NCBI GenBank assembly: GCA_018985225.1
Contig: JADGIF010000013.1
Coordinates: forward strand, 1 to 32,000
Length of the DNA stretch: 32,000 nt
Reading direction: 5' to 3'
From: Amoeboradix gromovi X-113
Taxonomy: Eukaryota > Fungi > Sanchytriomycota
Made by a program: the position numbers and the translations under genes. Shown here one piece after another: positions 28,450-32,000 of the stretch; the stretch's first letter is position 1, and every line of letters starts with the position of its first letter. The notes beneath the pieces were generated by a model. The model made no database searches. It was given only the letters and a program-made list of their open reading frames with translations, and was not told the origin of the DNA.

Positions 28450-30624
28450 CTAATAAGTTGCCAATAAAGAAGCACCGACTAATCCAACAATTTTAAATAG
28501 ATTAGGGCTTCCATTGTTTTGGGATGCAATAACTTTAGTTCCATTTGAGATGGAGGTAATTCCATAAATATAGAGTGTCTCGTCCCCACGATAGGAAGTT
28601 ATTGGCCCTTCATCTTTGTCATTCAAAGTTGATGATGGTCTGGTCACTGATGATGGGTTGTTTACTACAGACTGCTCCATAGGGACAACATCGACAAGGT
28701 TTTGTAACTGAGCAGCATTATCGTATTCAGCATTCACGTCAACTTGGATATTTGTTGGGCCGAATATATCATCCTTCAAGTTTAAGCTGGGATCCCACAC
28801 TACATTCATACCATGGCCGAGATCAAATGCCATTAGTTGTGGGGCTCCGCCCATGTCCTTATCAAAATCTTCTGCCAGGTCTTCATCCTCCATTCTTAAG
28901 TTGGCACTCTGCTTTAACGGAATTGAGGATATGTTCTTTGCTTCACTGTCAACCAATACAGTTCCTGACCACATGAATTTACCACCGTTTGTAACAATAG
29001 AGCCACTTTCATGATCAAGAGCATTTATGGTTTCAACAGACTTGACGATGACCAACTCAGAGTCATCCGAGGTGAATGGGAAATTGTTGATCTCAACGTT
29101 GTACTTTAACCTAAAAGGTGTTAATACAGAAGTCTGGTTGTACTCCGTGGATAGTAAGACTTTGTTAGAAATCATAGCGGATATCGTTATGTTTGTACCG
29201 TTGCTATCTAAAGTACTTCTGAAATTTTGAATTGTGACATCGTCATTTTTTAATTCTGTAAACTCGATTGGGGACCATCTACGGTATCCACCTGTTAAAT
29301 CGATCACATTTTTAGAATCTTCAACTTTAGTGCCGTTGACTACTTCAACCACACGTAAAAAAGACACACGGAATGAATCGCGGTGAAAACCGTCACTGGT
29401 TTGATCAAAGTGAGCTGCTCTGATAAATGGCACACCGTTCAAGTTGAACACGAACCCTGAAGTACCGTTCTCGCTGTGTGCATTAACTAAAACTTTGCGT
29501 TGCGTTATATGCATTCTTGCCTTTAAGTTATGAGGGTAAAACAATTTCTCGGCCTTTTCAACTAAAGATTTTAGTTCTCTCTGTTTATCAGATTCATCGG
29601 ATGGTATTTTAGTCATTGATAATTGCATTAGTTTCTGGCTAATGATCTTTTCAATTTCCCGATTATTGTCACCGCTAAATTGAGTGTAGTTGCCGCGGAT
29701 GTTTTCAAATCCATGTTCTCCATCGGAGTGGTCACTCATCGTTCTATTTTTGACCTCAAAAGTAACTGGATTATATCCGGTTATTGGAATAAACTCAGTT
29801 TTTAATATTTGTTGTTTCTGAGCTCTAGTACCAAAAACAAACACCAAGGCACGTTGATCTGCCGTGATCCTGGTTCTTATACGAGTGTCACCTTCACTTT
29901 GAGATCCAGATTCCAATGTTTTCATTATTTCATCCAATTTTTGCTGAATTGCTAAGGGAACTTCATTTCTTGGCACTTCGTAAAAAAGATCACCAGCGAC
30001 TGTTTTGCTGTAAATTTCTGGTTGAGATTCAGCTTGGTCAGAACCTTGTCTTTTGAATACTTGTCCAGAAGGGACGTTGTCCCCACCTTGGGTCATTGGT
30101 GGAATGCCTGTCTTGGATGAGTCACCACGTCTGGATTTAGACTCGAATGGCTGAGTCATAGATTTATCATCCCTCTTGGACGATTTGCTTACTGGCATCC
30201 GCGACGATGTCTTTGCTGGCATATTTGCAAAAATCGAAGCAGCATTATCCCTGTAAAAACGAGACTTTTTAATAAATTCTTGGAAGTACATATCAATAAG
30301 CTGCTGTTTATCCAAGTCCAAACTAAAGGACCCGCTTCTAGGGAACAATGGTTCCTCAGTTTGTCTGCTTTGAAATTCAAGTTTTTCTGTTTTAGAAGAT
30401 CTCATATTGGCTTTGATGCTGCTGAGGTACTGTTGTTCCCTTGCTTTCCAGCTTGATATCATTTCCTGCTCGTGAGCTCTGTAACTGGATAGTTTTTGCT
30501 GTTCGGCATTTATGAAACTAGTCAGCTTCTCTTGATTGATAGTTTTGCTAGGTGGTGGTACAATCTCACCATTTACAAGTGACATGCTAGTGACAAGTGC
30601 GAGAACTAGCTTGTTGTCAATCAT
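28450..30624 (-). CDS. Large secreted or surface protein with a C-terminal beta-sandwich (WDP-motif) domain and GPI-like tail
   Basis: 724 aa with signal MIDNKLVLALVTSMSLVNG, a KR site, the motif LTPFRLKYNVEINNFPF...VVWDPSL, many N-x-S/T sites and a hydrophobic C-terminus. Confidence 0.8.
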   Translation of the reverse strand: MIDNKLVLALVTSMSLVNGEIVPPPSKTINQEKLTSFINAEQQKLSSYRAHEQEMISSWKAREQQYLSSIKANMRSSKTEKLEFQSRQTEEPLFPRSGSFSLDLDKQQLIDMYFQEFIKKSRFYRDNAASIFANMPAKTSSRMPVSKSSKRDDKSMTQPFESKSRRGDSSKTGIPPMTQGGDNVPSGQVFKRQGSDQAESQPEIYSKTVAGDLFYEVPRNEVPLAIQQKLDEIMKTLESGSQSEGDTRIRTRITADQRALVFVFGTRAQKQQILKTEFIPITGYNPVTFEVKNRTMSDHSDGEHGFENIRGNYTQFSGDNNREIEKIISQKLMQLSMTKIPSDESDKQRELKSLVEKAEKLFYPHNLKARMHITQRKVLVNAHSENGTSGFVFNLNGVPFIRAAHFDQTSDGFHRDSFRVSFLRVVEVVNGTKVEDSKNVIDLTGGYRRWSPIEFTELKNDDVTIQNFRSTLDSNGTNITISAMISNKVLLSTEYNQTSVLTPFRLKYNVEINNFPFTSDDSELVIVKSVETINALDHESGSIVTNGGKFMWSGTVLVDSEAKNISSIPLKQSANLRMEDEDLAEDFDKDMGGAPQLMAFDLGHGMNVVWDPSLNLKDDIFGPTNIQVDVNAEYDNAAQLQNLVDVVPMEQSVVNNPSSVTRPSSTLNDKDEGPITSYRGDETLYIYGITSISNGTKVIASQNNGSPNLFKIVGLVGASLLATY

Positions 30625-30827
30625 AATTTACACGGAGGCAACTTATTTCTCTTAAAGCTTTGCGAATATTCTTGTGGAAGTTTCCCAGCCAATTGCTGCA
30701 TAAGAACTTTCCGACTCGAATCCATACCCAATCATTCGATAAAGCCACTATATCAAGAATCAGCGCATTTTAAGGTAGAAATAAAAACTTGAGCGCTTGT
30801 TAATAAACTGCTTTTACTTTATGAATA

Positions 30828-32000
30828 CTATTTTTCATCGATATCTACGTTGAACATAAAATCGAATTCCTGGTCCTTTGGCAAAGGACTTTCAAAACTA
30901 TGTTTTTCATTCTCATCCTTGATCTCATGAATAGCTTGCTCCATTTGCTTCATAAAGTCTAAGTTAATCAAGAAATACATGAATGATACGGTGAGGTTGC
31001 AAAAGGTGAATTTGGCATTGGTGACCATGGTGATTCAGGTGGAGACGTACCGCCAATTTGGTTGCCTGCGACTTTCAAAGTCTGGGTTTGAATTGGAGGC
31101 GGCGCAGTTTTCTTTGAAAAAGACGGCAACGAGTTTGGTTGCTGCGTATAACTGTTCGGCATGTTAGAGCCCTGTACACTATTACTAATACCAGTCGTAG
31201 TAAACGTAGGAGTCGCTTGAACCGGCGAAATAGCTTTGCTTAGCCAGCTAGAAGGAGTTACACTTAAATAGTCTTCCGCAGTATCTTCAGCGTTGAAGCC
31301 GTTTGAGCTGTGCCTAAAGAAGCACGATTCGCCATAATGGCAGGTGCCTTTCAAGTCAAAGTGGCAGAGAGGTGGCAAGTACTTTTTTGATACCATGGAA
31401 GCATGAATAAGCCTACACTCATTTGGAGGTAGGGAACATAATCCATAGGTCCACTCCTGGCAAACAAACTGAGGCGGCACTTCTTTAACGCGAATACTAG
31501 GTACAAGGGAGGAATCTCTGATCATAAATGCCAAGTATGGCTGATTTGAATGTTGAGACTGCTGCAGCTGACCTATAGATTTCAACACTTGGACAATCGC
31601 ACCATTTGGTGCGTTTAGTTTAGTACAATAAGTCTTGTTATACAAATGTTCAAGATCTGTGATTGATATTGCGGTATTTGCAGCGAGTAAATGAGTAACA
31701 CGTTTAGCAAATGCATCAATATTGGATTGAGGCTGATCCGGCTTTACTCTCTTATGCCTTTCGACCAGTGTAATGTAGCATTGACTAAGGTGTTCAATAC
31801 GAAACACCCAGCTGAATTCCTCAAGCCATTCTATGAGACTCGTCAAATGACCAAAATGCTGCATCAATTCTAAATCTCCAAACACTTGCTGATACAATTT
31901 GAATAAATCTTGACAGTTAACAAACATTCCTTCTAAATCAGCGAATAATTCCATAACTCGCATTAAAAATTGATAGCGTCTTCCTTTGATTAGATGATTA
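30828..32000 (-). CDS. RNA-binding protein with a LOTUS/OST-HTH-like domain and two CCCH zinc fingers; probably 5'-truncated by the window; exons >32000-30979 and 30958-30828
   Basis: CQEWTYGLCSLPPNECRLIH and CHFDLKGTCHYGESCFFRH fingers; ISITDLEHLYNKTYCTKL..VQVLKSI is LOTUS-like. The frame stays open upstream of 31963 to the window edge. Confidence 0.8.
30959..30978 (-). other. 20-nt spliceosomal intron GTATTTCTTGATTAACTTAG
   Basis: GT..AG ends, TTAAC branch point and an in-frame TGA. Removal gives T|AC = Tyr, in frame with FMKQMEQAIHE. Confidence 0.75.

Overview
Eukaryotic, AT-rich (by eye about 35% GC), very gene-dense nuclear DNA in the standard genetic code. It most resembles a reduced early-diverging fungus or fungal relative, but this taxonomy is inference only. 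Recognisable genes are a (6-4) photolyase/cryptochrome, a shrunken Hir3/CABIN1-like protein, Vps1 dynamin, ETR1/MECR, Sec16, mitochondrial AspRS, a divergent CK2 beta, a thioredoxin-LRR fusion, a LOTUS-like plus 2xCCCH protein, a dsRBD plus HMG-like protein, and several secreted or GPI-like proteins with very short signal peptides. Features the ORF track misses: (1) three 19-20 nt GT-AG spliceosomal introns with the branch point fused to the 3' splice site (YTAAY-N-TAG), each restoring an in-frame C-terminus; (2) a decayed Fanzor1 (eukaryotic TnpB-type RNA-guided nuclease) at about 8390-9422, split by a 379-bp MITE with 30-bp TIRs and a TTAT duplication, whose removal rejoins the Zn-finger and RuvC-III motifs in frame; (3) a second, long-TIR repeat family in three copies, two of which face each other around the CK2 beta gene; (4) a frameshifted homeobox relic; (5) polyA-like hexamers overlapping or abutting most stop codons.
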